DNA from: Octopus vulgaris
Lineage: Eukaryota
DNA: 64,000 nt
Direction: 5' to 3'
NCBI GenBank assembly: GCA_951406725.2
Contig: OX597814.1
Span: 107,942,001-108,006,000 of the forward strand
Shown: piece after piece, positions 63,090 through 64,000 of the stretch
How positions within the stretch are numbered: position 1 is the first letter of the stretch
How the letters are laid out: the number at the start of each line of letters is the position of its first letter
Made by a program: the position numbers and the translations under genes
The notes under the pieces: generated by a model
What the model was told of the DNA's origin: nothing
Database searches by the model: none
Seen by the model: the letters and a program-made list of their open reading frames with translations, nothing else

Positions 63090-64000
63090 GTGAGGGGTGG
63101 GGGCAAGTTGATTACATCACCTCAATATTTCCCTGTTACTTTATCAACCCTAAAAGGATGAAAAGTAAAGTTGACCCGGACAAGATTTGAACTCTGAGCC
63201 TAAAGTAGTGATAGAAATATTGCTGAGAATTTTGTCCAACTCACAACCGGTTCTGCCAGCTTGCCGCCATTGTAATTCTAATTTTGGCACAAGGCCAGCA
63301 TGGGTTGGATGATTTGACTGAGGACTGGTGAGCCAGGAGGCTGCACCAAGCTCCAATCTGATCTGGCAAAGTTTCTACAGCTGGGTGCTCTTCCTAACAC
63401 CAACCACTTCAAGAGTGTAGTGGGTGCTTTTACGTGCCACCGGCATGAGGGCCAGTCAGGCGGTACTGGCAATGGCCATGCTGAAATGGTGTTTTTTTTA
63501 CATGCCACCTGCACAGGAACCAGTCCAGCGGCACTGGCAACGACCTCAATAGAATGTTTTTTTCATGTGCCACCATAAGGCGACGCTGGTAACGATCACA
63601 CTTGAATGGTGCTTTTTATGTGCCACCAGCACGGAAGCCAGTTAGCTGCTCTGGCAATGATCACGTTTGGATGGTGCTCTTAGCGCTCTCTATAATAATG
63701 ATGATAATAATAATAATAGTAATAATAATAATCTTTTCTACTATAGGCACAAGGCCTGGAATTTGGGGGTTAGGGACTAGTTAATTACATTAACCTCAGT
63801 GTTGCACTGGTTCTTTATTTATTGACCTCAACAGCATTTGAACCCACAAACGTAGTGACAGGTGAAGTACTGCTAAGCATTTTGCCTGCCATGCTAACAA
63901 TTCTGCCAGCTTACCACTTTATAATAATTATAATAATAATAATAATAATAATGATCCTTTCTATTATAGGCACAAGGCCTGAAATTTAGGGGAGGGGGAT
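63090..64000 (-). mobile_element. Family A SINE copies and an RTE 3' tail (63295-63685) among (TAA)n
   Basis: Recognisable modules. Confidence 0.8.

Overview
AT-rich animal genomic DNA, about half of it recognisably repetitive. The tRNA-derived SINE types, RTE 3' tails and dense (TA)n/(CA)n/(TAA)n microsatellites look like an octopod cephalopod genome (Octopus-like; this is inference). No complete host gene is visible, and nearly all ORF-track entries are microsatellite or SINE artefacts. Protein-coding remnants are all transposon-derived: an RTE LINE RT (2.4-4.2 kb), a Chapaev/CMC-like transposase piece (16.2-16.5 kb), a Tc1-type transposase with DD36E spacing (21.5-22.2 kb), an R4/Dong-type LINE with an internally inverted endonuclease segment (29.7-31.3 kb), a Helitron Rep piece and a fold-back mariner (49.9-51.1 kb). 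A few minus-strand splice donors suggest the window lies in the long 5' introns of a gene; the best candidate first exon (60.2 kb) encodes a mitochondrial-presequence-like peptide. The most striking signal is RNA-level: at least six unrelated repeat families carry type I hammerhead ribozyme cores (CUGANGA...GAAA...UH) of the Penelope-associated minimal or dimer-type. These include a tRNA-headed SINE with a hammerhead and Penelope-style inverted 5' ends (3 loci) and a 114-bp tandem retrozyme-like array. All structures were read by eye; none was folded or searched computationally, and coordinates of degenerate repeats are approximate.
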